Below, piece by piece: positions 37,955 to 46,669 of a stretch of DNA of 64,000 nt. Made by a program: the position numbers and the translations under genes. Origin of the DNA: an uncultured virus (IMG/VR IMGVR_UViG_2639762883_000003) (lineage: Duplodnaviria > Heunggongvirae > Uroviricota > Caudoviricetes); IMG/VR virus record IMGVR_UViG_2639762883_000003; one strand, given 5' to 3'. The notes under the pieces are model-generated. The model worked only from the letters and a program-made list of their open reading frames with translations. It was not told the DNA's origin and ran no database searches. The first letter of the stretch is position 1. Every line of letters begins with the position of its first letter.

Positions 37955-38114
37955 GCACACTAAGAAGCGTTCAACAATTAAACGGAAACACCGGCGTATG
38001 AAGCAACACGCCGAAGCAAACAAAGCTAAAGCACAGGATAACAAGCAACTGGTCAAGGAATATGAGCCGTACAACATTCGCAAGCGGGCGTTTGAAGTGT
38101 TCGGGGAGGATTGA
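37947..38114 (+). CDS. Small basic protein
   Basis: GGAGG RBS; MPKHTKKRSTIKRKHRRMK. Confidence 0.6.
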   Translation: MPKHTKKRSTIKRKHRRMKQHAEANKAKAQDNKQLVKEYEPYNIRKRAFEVFGED

Positions 38115-38116
38115 AA

Positions 38117-38293
38117 ATGAAGATTAAAACTTTTAGACAACCCTGGGAGGAAGACGACGAGGAATTTGATAGTCGTGTGAATTATTTTATCGAAGATAAA
38201 CAAGTTGTTCAGATTACAACCAATGAAACTGTTAGTGATACTCTTCGTTTAACGCATTCACTGACCGTACTTTACAAGGAGGGTAATGAATGA
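38117..38293 (+). CDS. Hypothetical protein
   Basis: MKIKTF...VLY; RBS. Confidence 0.6.
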   Translation: MKIKTFRQPWEEDDEEFDSRVNYFIEDKQVVQITTNETVSDTLRLTHSLTVLYKEGNE

Positions 38294-38541
38294 AAACTTT
38301 GAAAGTAGCGAACCACTGGTTTAATGATAGCGGTGATGTTGAGATTGCCTTGCTAGTGCCACTTGATAAAAGCAGAGAGCTTTGGAATGATTTATTCTGG
38401 TATGACGGTAATAATCGACCGTTATGGCCACGTGGGACTGAACTTACTGACAAAGACGTCTTGGAAACTCACTGTTATAAGCAACGTAAAATGTCATCAA
38501 TTGATGACATACCTAGTGACTGTTTTATGTCCATGACTTAG
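38290..38541 (+). CDS. Hypothetical protein
   Basis: Coupled ORF. Confidence 0.55.
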   Translation: MKTLKVANHWFNDSGDVEIALLVPLDKSRELWNDLFWYDGNNRPLWPRGTELTDKDVLETHCYKQRKMSSIDDIPSDCFMSMT

Positions 38542-38552
38542 GAGGAAGAAAA

Positions 38553-39038
38553 ATGAAGTTCTATCGCAAACAGCCAATTGAGGCCGAACAGTTCGATGGT
38601 AGTCAGACAAGTCTATTTGGCTATGAAGTTATTCCAGACTCATTGCTTGATGCATTAACAGGTGAGCCAGCTTATTATTCAATACTGATTGACGATTTTG
38701 AGCCCGAACCTAATGACTTTCCAGATGATAATGAAGTATCGTTTGAAATTGGTGATTGGATTGTTAATGAAGCAGACGAGATTAAAGTTATGGCTGATGA
38801 AGAGTTCAAACAACAGTATGCCGAGTTACCGGTGATTCCTAAAAACGTTGCTGAACGCATTATAACCGGGCACAGCCTTAATGACTTAATTCCTACTTTG
38901 GGCGGAATTTACAGAGCTATGATCCAAACAGTTGTTTATGGATATCAGAAAGGCGATATTGGCGACTGGATTGTCAATCATAGTGATGTTTTTGCCCGGG
39001 CGTGGCTAGACGGATATGTGGTGGAGGAAGAAAAATGA
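38553..39038 (+). CDS. DUF1642-like protein
   Basis: PVIPKNVA and FARAWLDGYVVEEEK motifs. Confidence 0.7.
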   Translation: MKFYRKQPIEAEQFDGSQTSLFGYEVIPDSLLDALTGEPAYYSILIDDFEPEPNDFPDDNEVSFEIGDWIVNEADEIKVMADEEFKQQYAELPVIPKNVAERIITGHSLNDLIPTLGGIYRAMIQTVVYGYQKGDIGDWIVNHSDVFARAWLDGYVVEEEK

Positions 39039-39169
39039 CTGACACCGAATACGCAAAAGCAATCAAAATCTTACAATAGAGCATGTATTTTGACAATAAT
39101 AAATAATGCCACCATGATGATTGCAGGTTAAAATTATGCGATAGCTAGAATGAAGGCGAGGCACAGACT

Positions 39170-39478
39170 ATGGAACGTATTGATCATGAAAAGCTTAACA
39201 ACCTGGTATGTAAAGTTGAAGACCGCCATGAAAATGGCATTCTTGGCGCAAACGAAAAAGAAATGGCACCCATTTGGAAGATAACCAAGGCAACAATGAA
39301 GAGCGACTATTTAGCAGTTTCATTGCGACAATACAATTTAATTGAAGCATACGCAGCCAAGAGCTCACATACAACAGAGGAAAAGAACCAAACCTTAAAG
39401 CAACTGCATAAGAAATACAGTTGGTTAAACCGGCGGGTGACGGAGTACCGTCACGGCAATTTAATTATTCGGAGTTGA
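39170..39478 (+). CDS. Hypothetical protein
   Basis: ORF track. Confidence 0.6.
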   Translation: MERIDHEKLNNLVCKVEDRHENGILGANEKEMAPIWKITKATMKSDYLAVSLRQYNLIEAYAAKSSHTTEEKNQTLKQLHKKYSWLNRRVTEYRHGNLIIRS

Positions 39479-39486
39479 GGTGGAAA

Positions 39487-39903
39487 GTGGTGGGCGATTT
39501 TGAAACTAACAAGAAATTTTTAAGGCGTTACCGGCCTTACTTTAGACAAATCAAGCGGCTTGAAACTAAGCTATTTGTTATTGATGATCGTATTGAGTCA
39601 ACACATTCACCTAGTATGACTGGACAACCAGGTGGCGGTAAGCGGCGAGAGCTAGCTGACGATTTAATTCAGCGAGAAGAGATTGAGGGACGGATTAATC
39701 GGCTGATCAAGAAAAGCCGTCCAATCAAAGCCGAGATAACTGATTGTCTTGATGAATTAACTAATTCGTTAGAAGCTTCTATATTAGAGCAGTACTTTAT
39801 TGAAGATATTCAGCTGGATACGATTGCACTACAGATGAGTTATTCGTTCCGTCAGGTCAAGCGATTGTATGGTGATGGGGTAAGACACGTGAAAGTTCTA
39901 TAA
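39487..39903 (+). CDS. Late transcriptional activator (RinA/ArpU/DUF1492-like)
   Basis: KKFLRRY, SPSMTGQP, ILEQYFI..IALQMSYSFRQVKRL sigma-4-like HTH; end of early operon. Confidence 0.8.
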   Translation: MVGDFETNKKFLRRYRPYFRQIKRLETKLFVIDDRIESTHSPSMTGQPGGGKRRELADDLIQREEIEGRINRLIKKSRPIKAEITDCLDELTNSLEASILEQYFIEDIQLDTIALQMSYSFRQVKRLYGDGVRHVKVL

Positions 39904-39907
39904 AGAG

Positions 39908-39937
39908 AAAGTCGTCACAATTATGTGGCGGCTTTTT
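39908..39937 (+). terminator. Terminator after activator
   Basis: AAAGTCGTCACA-ATTA-TGTGGCGGCTTTTT. Confidence 0.7.
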
Positions 39938-39954
39938 GGTATGATTGAAGCATA

Positions 39955-40656
39955 ATGAGTTTTGGAGGAATTGCATTGAGAAGTATATACTCGTATACAA
40001 AGAAAATTAAAATGCTTATTGCTAGCAGGCCTTTTATTGTTTTTATATTTGGTTTTATTTGTGGATTTATTGTGACAGTAGTAGGAGCAATTTTAATTCT
40101 TACTAATTTGAGAATAATAGGATTAGGTGATTTAGGAGAATGGATAGGTGCATTGGCAACTGTTTTAGCAGTTGTTGTGTCACTTTATTTGGCTAGGTCT
40201 GCTAATAAACCTAAGTTGAGTATAGAGAGATTACCTTGTAGATCGGAACCAAGCCATAGAAAATACGATTTTGAAATAGTCAATTGTGGAACAGGTAGCG
40301 CTAATATTAGGATTTCTCTAACGATCGATGATGATTTTTTGAATTTGTATTTACTCCAATTCCCAGAAAGCGTAAGCCGTGAGGTGTGGAAGCTTAGGCT
40401 TTTTCAAGTGTTAAATAGTTCTATTATTAATAATTCTGGTGCTGAAATGTCATATGATAGGCATTTTATCAGTCCTAAAGAAAGTATAATAGTAACTGTA
40501 GATGTAAAAAAAATTGTGGACTGGTTAAAAAGCAAAGTTGAATCAGGAAAAGGCAACTTGGAAATTGTAGTTCAAGATGTAGATGGTATCGTAAAAAAAG
40601 AACAAATTTGTGACTTTTCGCTTGAAAATAAAGACAGTTACGTTAAAGTCCATTAA
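39955..40656 (+). CDS. AT-rich moron membrane protein (2 TM + soluble domain)
   Basis: Own extended -10 TGgTATGAT at 39937-39945; GDLGEWIGALATVLAVVVSLYLA; start may be TTG ~39976. Confidence 0.75.
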   Translation: MSFGGIALRSIYSYTKKIKMLIASRPFIVFIFGFICGFIVTVVGAILILTNLRIIGLGDLGEWIGALATVLAVVVSLYLARSANKPKLSIERLPCRSEPSHRKYDFEIVNCGTGSANIRISLTIDDDFLNLYLLQFPESVSREVWKLRLFQVLNSSIINNSGAEMSYDRHFISPKESIIVTVDVKKIVDWLKSKVESGKGNLEIVVQDVDGIVKKEQICDFSLENKDSYVKVH

Positions 40657-40708
40657 GTTGTTGGGCTTTAAAAGTTTCAATCATATTTATTAGTTAGACC
40701 AACAGTCT

Positions 40709-40763
40709 ATGTCCCCTAGATGTCACTAAAATGTCCCCTGAATGTCACTTACATGCCGAGTAA
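40709..40763 (+). promoter_or_regulatory. 11-bp direct repeats, probable late-activator binding sites
   Basis: ATGTCCCCTAG/ATGTCACTAAA/ATGTCCCCTGA/ATGTCACTTAC/ATGCCGAGTAA. Confidence 0.65.
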
Positions 40764-40834
40764 ATGGGTGTATATTTGTATTATCGAATAGTTAACAAAT
40801 ACGAAGCGTCACACTAAAAAGTGTGGCGTTTTTA

Positions 40835-40948
40835 TGTGCCGTGGCGGAATAGGTAGACACAGCTGATCGTAGGGTATGACTTTCTAGCATCTTTGATGGC
40901 CCTATTATTGTTCTGCAGACTATAGGGTGCAAATCCTTACCAAGTACA
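40835..40948 (+). ncRNA. Degenerate Leu/Ser-type tRNA-like element with ~60-nt structured centre
   Basis: TGGCGGAATAGGTAGAC D-arm signature; T arm TAGGG-TGCAAAT-CCTTA; partial acceptor TGTGC/GTACA. Confidence 0.55.
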
Positions 40949-41047
40949 TTAAACGCGTGCGTGGCTCAAAAACGGGCAATCTCCAAACTGACTCTCGCTT
41001 TTGGGTGGGAGTTTTTGTATAGTTAGGTTAGTTTGGAGGAATATTTA

Positions 41048-41830
41048 ATGAATAATCAAGAAATAGTCAATATGATGAAGCAGGTAAGTAAATCTATATC
41101 ATCCGCGCAAGAAGCTGCATCGAAGGTAATATTAGCCAGCCAGACTAATCAATTATCAATTATTACTCGAGGAATGCAGGAGATATTTAACAAAGCAAAT
41201 GAAATAACAAAAGAGAGATATCCTAAACAGGTAAAGGTTGTGGATAGTTTGTTTGCTAGTGGGTGGGCAATTGGAAATGAAGGTTTTGAGGATGTCACAT
41301 TAATTACGGATCCAGATAGATGGATTAATTACTCACCAGACGACTTTAATATTTATTTTTCGAAGAGGTATGCTAATCGTATGGTGTTGGCTAGTGATTT
41401 AAAGTCAGTAAAAACAGAAACAGTTAATGATGAAACGTTGATTGCTCAATGTGTAAGAATTATAGAGAGTGATGGCGATGGTTGGAAGATATTATATCCA
41501 CAGATTTTTGCTATGATGGATAAGTCGTTACTATCACAAATTAATGCGAATAAAATTCAAAATAATAATTACACGCAATCGTCGAAGATAACAAAACTAG
41601 TGACAAAAATGTCATACTCAACCATGGGATCCATGATTACTGGTTATATATATTTAAAGGCCTTGAAAAAAGCAACGGAACTATGGCGGTTCAATAAAGA
41701 TACCGAGAGGCCAATTCCATTTACAAGAAATACAATTATGCATGGAAAATATAGTTCTGACAATTATGATTATGATCAATTTGCACAATTGGTACTTTTA
41801 TTTACAACAATAAGTATCTTTGATGACTAG
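41048..41830 (+). CDS. AT-rich moron, candidate HEPN-domain protein
   Basis: C-terminal RNTIMHG (R-X4-H); helical; GGAGG RBS; flanked by terminators. Confidence 0.65.
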   Translation: MNNQEIVNMMKQVSKSISSAQEAASKVILASQTNQLSIITRGMQEIFNKANEITKERYPKQVKVVDSLFASGWAIGNEGFEDVTLITDPDRWINYSPDDFNIYFSKRYANRMVLASDLKSVKTETVNDETLIAQCVRIIESDGDGWKILYPQIFAMMDKSLLSQINANKIQNNNYTQSSKITKLVTKMSYSTMGSMITGYIYLKALKKATELWRFNKDTERPIPFTRNTIMHGKYSSDNYDYDQFAQLVLLFTTISIFDD

Positions 41831-41835
41831 ACAGA

Positions 41836-41862
41836 AAAGCTCACTAAGTTGTGAGCTTTTTT
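41836..41862 (+). terminator. Terminator after moron
   Basis: AAAAGCTCAC-TAAGTT-GTGAGCTTTTTT. Confidence 0.8.
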
Positions 41863-42026
41863 AATACGTAAAATTAGGAGGTTATCCAGTGTCAAAACGA
41901 TTAGTAGCAAGTATGGATATGAGCCGCCTGAACGGATGCAGGCTGACTCCCGGTTAGATTAAGGATAGAAAGTGTCGTGTTAAACGGCATGGTGATTTTA
42001 GTTTGAAAAATAAGGAGGAAGCAATT

Positions 42027-42296
42027 ATGAATTTTGGAGAAGCGCTTGAAGAATTAAAACGAGGTAATTGTGTTGCACGTAAAGGCTGGAACGGCAAAGG
42101 CATCTTCATTAAATTGAAAAAGGGAGAATCTTTGAACACTCCCAATAATCGTTTTAATGAGGTTATGACTCACGATTTCATTTATATTGACACGACTGGG
42201 CTACGCACGAACAATCCGAATGCACCTATGGATCGAGTTCCATGGTTAGCTAGTCAAACTGATATGCTAGCTGATGACTGGATCGTAGTCGAATAA
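42027..42296 (+). CDS. DUF2829 / Thoeris anti-defence Tad2-like protein
   Basis: MNFGEALEELKRG..VARKGWNGKG...PWLASQTDMLADDW signature. Confidence 0.85.
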   Translation: MNFGEALEELKRGNCVARKGWNGKGIFIKLKKGESLNTPNNRFNEVMTHDFIYIDTTGLRTNNPNAPMDRVPWLASQTDMLADDWIVVE

Positions 42297-42396
42297 CGAT
42301 GAATAATTCCAGCTAGATAGGTGGTGCAAGGATAAGAAGCGTCATGCCAAACGGTGTGGCGTTTTCTTATACACAAAAATATTGGAGGTAATACGA

Positions 42397-42612
42397 ATGG
42401 AACAATCCGAGTTCAATGCAACACAAGCAATCAATGAGACATGCTACGGATTAATCAAGCAGGGCTATTCATTGCACGATATCTATAGTGGCTTGGGCAA
42501 TGTTATGAATGGGATCGAGCCTAAGCATCTTACCAAGCAAGAACTGGTCATTGATCTGAATGTTGACACATCCAAGGTAGTTGGTAAGTTACGCCATGTC
42601 ATGGACAACTGA
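42397..42612 (+). CDS. Hypothetical protein
   Basis: GGAGGT RBS, ORF track. Confidence 0.6.
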   Translation: MEQSEFNATQAINETCYGLIKQGYSLHDIYSGLGNVMNGIEPKHLTKQELVIDLNVDTSKVVGKLRHVMDN

Positions 42613-42934
42613 ACAATGCCGAGCATTCTATGGTTCGGTTGAGTGGGAGCATTTGCGTGCTGCTATCCTTAAACGTGATCACTATGAATGTGTGTGGTGT
42701 AAGCGTGATGGTAAGGTCACACGGTATGGCGACGTTGATAGCCATGGTCGTCCGGTTGTACTGGAAGTTGACCACATCAAAGAGTTGGCTGACTATCCGG
42801 AACTGCGGACCGAGCCGACTAACTTGCGGACGCTGTGCAAGGACTGTCACAACAAACGACATCATCGCATGAACTATCGAAGCAAGCATGAGCGTAAAGA
42901 GAACCGATGGTCAAAGGATGAGAGGTGGGATTAA
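42596..42934 (+). CDS. Terminase-associated HNH endonuclease
   Basis: FYGS.EW..LR...L.RD..EC..C, EVDHIK, NLRTLCKDCHNKRH. Confidence 0.9.
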   Translation: MSWTTEQCRAFYGSVEWEHLRAAILKRDHYECVWCKRDGKVTRYGDVDSHGRPVVLEVDHIKELADYPELRTEPTNLRTLCKDCHNKRHHRMNYRSKHERKENRWSKDERWD

Positions 42935-43176
42935 TGGTGGAACATGATATAACTTGGTCAATAAACAACGGGCAAAAGATACCTGAGATCTATGTTGACG
43001 GTGAGCAGGCTCAGGTAGTGTCGTGTAGTTATCTGTTTGTAACGGCTACAGATATTGATGAGTCAGGAGTTAGCATGATGACTGCAACCATCTTCTTATT
43101 ATCGGAGAGCGACTATAAGCCAATTCAGCATGTGATCTTTATCAATCAACAGACTGGTAAGGTGTTCTATCAATAG
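42934..43176 (+). CDS. Hypothetical protein
   Basis: Coupled ORF. Confidence 0.6.
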   Translation: MVEHDITWSINNGQKIPEIYVDGEQAQVVSCSYLFVTATDIDESGVSMMTATIFLLSESDYKPIQHVIFINQQTGKVFYQ

Positions 43177-43193
43177 ATAAGGAGTGATGACTA

Positions 43194-43436
43194 ATGCGAT
43201 CAAGAACCGATAACACTAAGCAAGTCGTGGTCTACGTAGTCATGCGTGACCAACAAGCAAATGTATTATTTGCACATCGTGTTTATTTTAGTGAACGGCG
43301 AGCAAAGAGCTATTGTAAACGGATGAATAATGCAAAAGAATTTACTGGATATTACTATATTAATAAAGCAATCTTTTTTGACTGGAAATCTTTTATTGCC
43401 AAGGCCCCCGGGGTCAAAAAAATTGGCGAAAAATAG
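43194..43436 (+). CDS. Hypothetical protein
   Basis: AAGGAG RBS; ORF track. Confidence 0.55.
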   Translation: MRSRTDNTKQVVVYVVMRDQQANVLFAHRVYFSERRAKSYCKRMNNAKEFTGYYYINKAIFFDWKSFIAKAPGVKKIGEK

Positions 43437-43514
43437 AAAACTGGGAACCGGTGGGTAGGACTCGACTCCGGAAAAATATTGCTTTTTTTATTCAATTTGA
43501 AAGGGGGTGGGGGT

Positions 43515-43832
43515 TTGGACCACCGTAAAATAAGAAGGGAATTGATGCAGCGAATCGATAAAAAATCAGCTGTTGAGAAAGAGAAGGTTGACCGATATAT
43601 CAGCCTTTTGAACGCTTTTTATAAGCTTGATGAAGCCATTATTGCCAATGGTGTGATGGTCAAAATCGAGAATGGCAAACAGACATATTGGAAAGCAAAT
43701 CCGGCTGTTTCCGAAAAAAATCGAATTAATTCCGCGCTAATAACGCTTGAAAAGGACTTTAAGCCCGTTAAAACCACCCCTAAAGCGTCTAAAACAGCTA
43801 CTACGAGTGACAAAAAGGGTGGCTTGGTATGA
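43515..43832 (+). CDS. terS: Terminase small subunit, P27-like
   Basis: VDRY, I..NGV...NG.Q...KANPAV motif; start uncertain. Confidence 0.8.
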   Translation: MDHRKIRRELMQRIDKKSAVEKEKVDRYISLLNAFYKLDEAIIANGVMVKIENGKQTYWKANPAVSEKNRINSALITLEKDFKPVKTTPKASKTATTSDKKGGLV

Positions 43833-45508
43833 TTCAACAGAAGTATGTTAAAAGTTACCTACAGGCCTATAAAGACGGTTCTATCAGGTTGAATAAGCGG
43901 CGAATAAAACTCGTGGAATTAATAGAAAAGACCGTTCTAACTAACGAAAATTATTATTTTGATGAAGAAAAAATCGAGGACTGTTTAACGTTCGCTGATA
44001 AGTGGTTTTTCCCATTTACACCCTGGGAAAAATTCTTAACCGCGTTCGTTTTTTTATATGATCACACCACTGAGCGGCGAGCAATTCGGAAGTTCATGGT
44101 AGTCGTTGGCCGTGGGGCTGGTAAGAACGGCTGGGTATCGGTGATTTCATCTTTTCTTTTATCACGACTGCATGGGGTCCGCAATTATAATGGTTCCATT
44201 ATCGCCAATAGTGAAGAACAGGCCAAAACATCGGTTGATGAGATTCACGATGCGGTCGACTTGCATAGTGAGTTGAAAGGCGAATTTTATGCGACTAATT
44301 CGCAAGTTCATTCGAAGTCTACCAACTCGACGTTACGATACCGGACTTCTAACGGGAATACTAAAGATGGCTTGCGTGATGGTTTCGTTATTTTCGATGA
44401 AATCCACGCCTACCCCAATAACCAAAATGTCAAAGTTCATATTTCTGGGCTTGGGAAAGTTCGAGACTCACGAGTTTTCGAGATTGGGTCCAAGGGCTAT
44501 GTGCGTGATGGCTACCTAGATAAAGAATTAGCAAAAGCTGATGCGATTTTAGACGGCAAGGCCCCGATTGAATCGATGTTTCCATTTGTTTGCGAGTTGG
44601 ACAACTTGAAAGAGATGGACGACCCAGCCAACTGGGAGCTTGCCAACCCATCATTTTCTAAGCCAATGAATGACTACGCTAAAGACGTTTACCAGGAGAC
44701 CATGGACGACTATAACGACCTGGAACTAGACCCGTCTGGTTATGATGAGTTCGTTATTAAGCGCATGAACTACCAGGTTGAAGACCTAGAAAAGTCAATT
44801 GCCCCTTATGAGCAAATCAAAGCGACTAATAAGCCGGTTCCTGATGATTTAGAGGGTATGGAAGCGATTGGCTCAGTGGATTTCGCGTCTATTCGCGACT
44901 TTACTGCAGATGGTTTAACCATCAAACGAGGTGGCAAGCAATACTTTATCAGCCATCAATTTGCCCGCCGCCAATTTGTCGATAAGTTCTATGCATATTC
45001 AGCTAAGCCACAAGACCGCCCCCAATCTGTTCCTCCTATTGCTGAATGGGAAGAACGCGGGTTACTGACTGTGGTAGACACGCCAACAATTGACCCACAA
45101 GCCGTAGTTAATTGGTTTTTGGAACAGCGGAAACATTTCATCATTAAGAAAGTTGTCATGGATAACTTTCGTGCCGATCTTTTGCGTAAATTTTTCGTAG
45201 ACGCTGGATTTGAAGTCGCAGTCATTCGGAATCCAACTGCCATTGATGCCCTACTGGCACCGAGAATTGAGACCGGGTTTGCTAATCATCAATATATCTG
45301 GGGGGACAACCCGTTATTGCGGTGGAACACTCAAAACGTGTTGGTTTCGACCGATAGCCACGGTAACAAACGATACGGCAAGAAAGAAGAAATTCGGCGA
45401 AAAACTGATGGCTTTAAAGCGTTTGAATATGGCCAATATCTGGTTGACCAGTTACCCGACTACTCGGTAAATGAATCGCTAGATATGTTGGCCGACATTG
45501 ATTTCTAA
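43829..45508 (+). CDS. terL: Terminase large subunit (cos type)
   Basis: GRGAGKNG Walker A, IFDEIH Walker B, WELANPS, RKTDG. Confidence 0.93.
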   Translation: MIQQKYVKSYLQAYKDGSIRLNKRRIKLVELIEKTVLTNENYYFDEEKIEDCLTFADKWFFPFTPWEKFLTAFVFLYDHTTERRAIRKFMVVVGRGAGKNGWVSVISSFLLSRLHGVRNYNGSIIANSEEQAKTSVDEIHDAVDLHSELKGEFYATNSQVHSKSTNSTLRYRTSNGNTKDGLRDGFVIFDEIHAYPNNQNVKVHISGLGKVRDSRVFEIGSKGYVRDGYLDKELAKADAILDGKAPIESMFPFVCELDNLKEMDDPANWELANPSFSKPMNDYAKDVYQETMDDYNDLELDPSGYDEFVIKRMNYQVEDLEKSIAPYEQIKATNKPVPDDLEGMEAIGSVDFASIRDFTADGLTIKRGGKQYFISHQFARRQFVDKFYAYSAKPQDRPQSVPPIAEWEERGLLTVVDTPTIDPQAVVNWFLEQRKHFIIKKVVMDNFRADLLRKFFVDAGFEVAVIRNPTAIDALLAPRIETGFANHQYIWGDNPLLRWNTQNVLVSTDSHGNKRYGKKEEIRRKTDGFKAFEYGQYLVDQLPDYSVNESLDMLADIDF

Positions 45509-45526
45509 CGGAAGGGAGGTGAATAT

Positions 45527-46669
45527 ATGAGTGTAATTAATAGCTTCTTTGATCTGTTTACGCGGCGAAAAGATTCCAGCTTTGTTTATGATCTTGATTT
45601 GTTCCAGGACATTAAGAACCGAGCCTACTTAAAGCGCATGGCGATTGACACAGTGATCAATTACGTAGGCCGGGCGGTTAGCCAGTCGGAGTTTCGTGTG
45701 ATGAACAAGGGGTTACCTGTTAAAGATGCGATGTATTACAAGCTCAATGTCCGACCAAATACTGACGAATCGGCCAGTGATTTTTGGCAGCATTTTGTTT
45801 ACCAATTGATTTATTACAACGAGGTGCTGGTGATTCAAGACGACGATGGTGATTTATTAATTGCTGATGATTTTAGTCGTCACGAGTATGCAGTATATGA
45901 AGATGTTTTCGATAATGTTACAGTCAAAGAATACACTTTTAAGCGTTCCTTCCCGATGTCTGATGTTATTTACCTGAGATACTCAAACGACCAGTTAGAG
46001 CACTATCTGACTGGTTTATGGGGAGACTATGGCGAGTTGTTTGGCCGAATGTATGAGCTAGAACTTCGTAACAATCAAATTCGAGCGACCGTTAAGGCTG
46101 ACTTAACGGCTGGTGTTAATGACGGTAAAGCCAACAAGCTACAGAAGTTTATCGACAAGATTTTCCAATCGTTCAGCAAGAACTCTGTTGCACTAGTACC
46201 AATCACAAATGGCTTTGAATATAACGAAGTATCGAACGGGGTAGGCAAAAATCAGACGTTTGATGAAAGTAACGGCGTGTTACTGGCATTCATTGACCAT
46301 GTTGCCCGGCTGGTAGGAGTGCCACCAGCGTTAATTCATGGTGAAACTGCTGAAACTGCTGAAAATCAAAAACTGTTCAATAAGCAGTGCTTGAGTTCGT
46401 TATTAACTAAGATTCAGTCAGAGCTAAACGCTAAGTCATTCAGCCAGCGAGATTACTTAAAGAATGGCAAACAAGTTGAAGTAATTGGTATTAATCGACC
46501 AACACTAATTGAACTAGCAGAACAAATCGACAAGCTTGGTTCGTCAGGTATGGTTACTCAAAACGAGGTTCGGTCAGCAGTTGGGCTGCCACCACGTGAA
46601 GACGGTGACCAGATAGTGATGACCAAGAATTATACAACGAAAGGTGGTGAGAATAATGAAGAAGATTAA
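45527..46669 (+). CDS. Portal protein, HK97 family
   Basis: LNVRPN, GVPPALI, TQNEVR motifs. Confidence 0.92.
   Translation: MSVINSFFDLFTRRKDSSFVYDLDLFQDIKNRAYLKRMAIDTVINYVGRAVSQSEFRVMNKGLPVKDAMYYKLNVRPNTDESASDFWQHFVYQLIYYNEVLVIQDDDGDLLIADDFSRHEYAVYEDVFDNVTVKEYTFKRSFPMSDVIYLRYSNDQLEHYLTGLWGDYGELFGRMYELELRNNQIRATVKADLTAGVNDGKANKLQKFIDKIFQSFSKNSVALVPITNGFEYNEVSNGVGKNQTFDESNGVLLAFIDHVARLVGVPPALIHGETAETAENQKLFNKQCLSSLLTKIQSELNAKSFSQRDYLKNGKQVEVIGINRPTLIELAEQIDKLGSSGMVTQNEVRSAVGLPPREDGDQIVMTKNYTTKGGENNEED

Noticed and set aside
40709..40763. CRISPR-like mini-array
   Set aside because: 11-bp contiguous period with no spacers; fits helically phased activator sites
41890..41962. Short coding-like remnant (SKYGYEPPERMQADSRLD*) after an AGGAGG RBS
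   Set aside because: Out of frame with its start and prematurely stopped; probably a decayed small gene, too short to call
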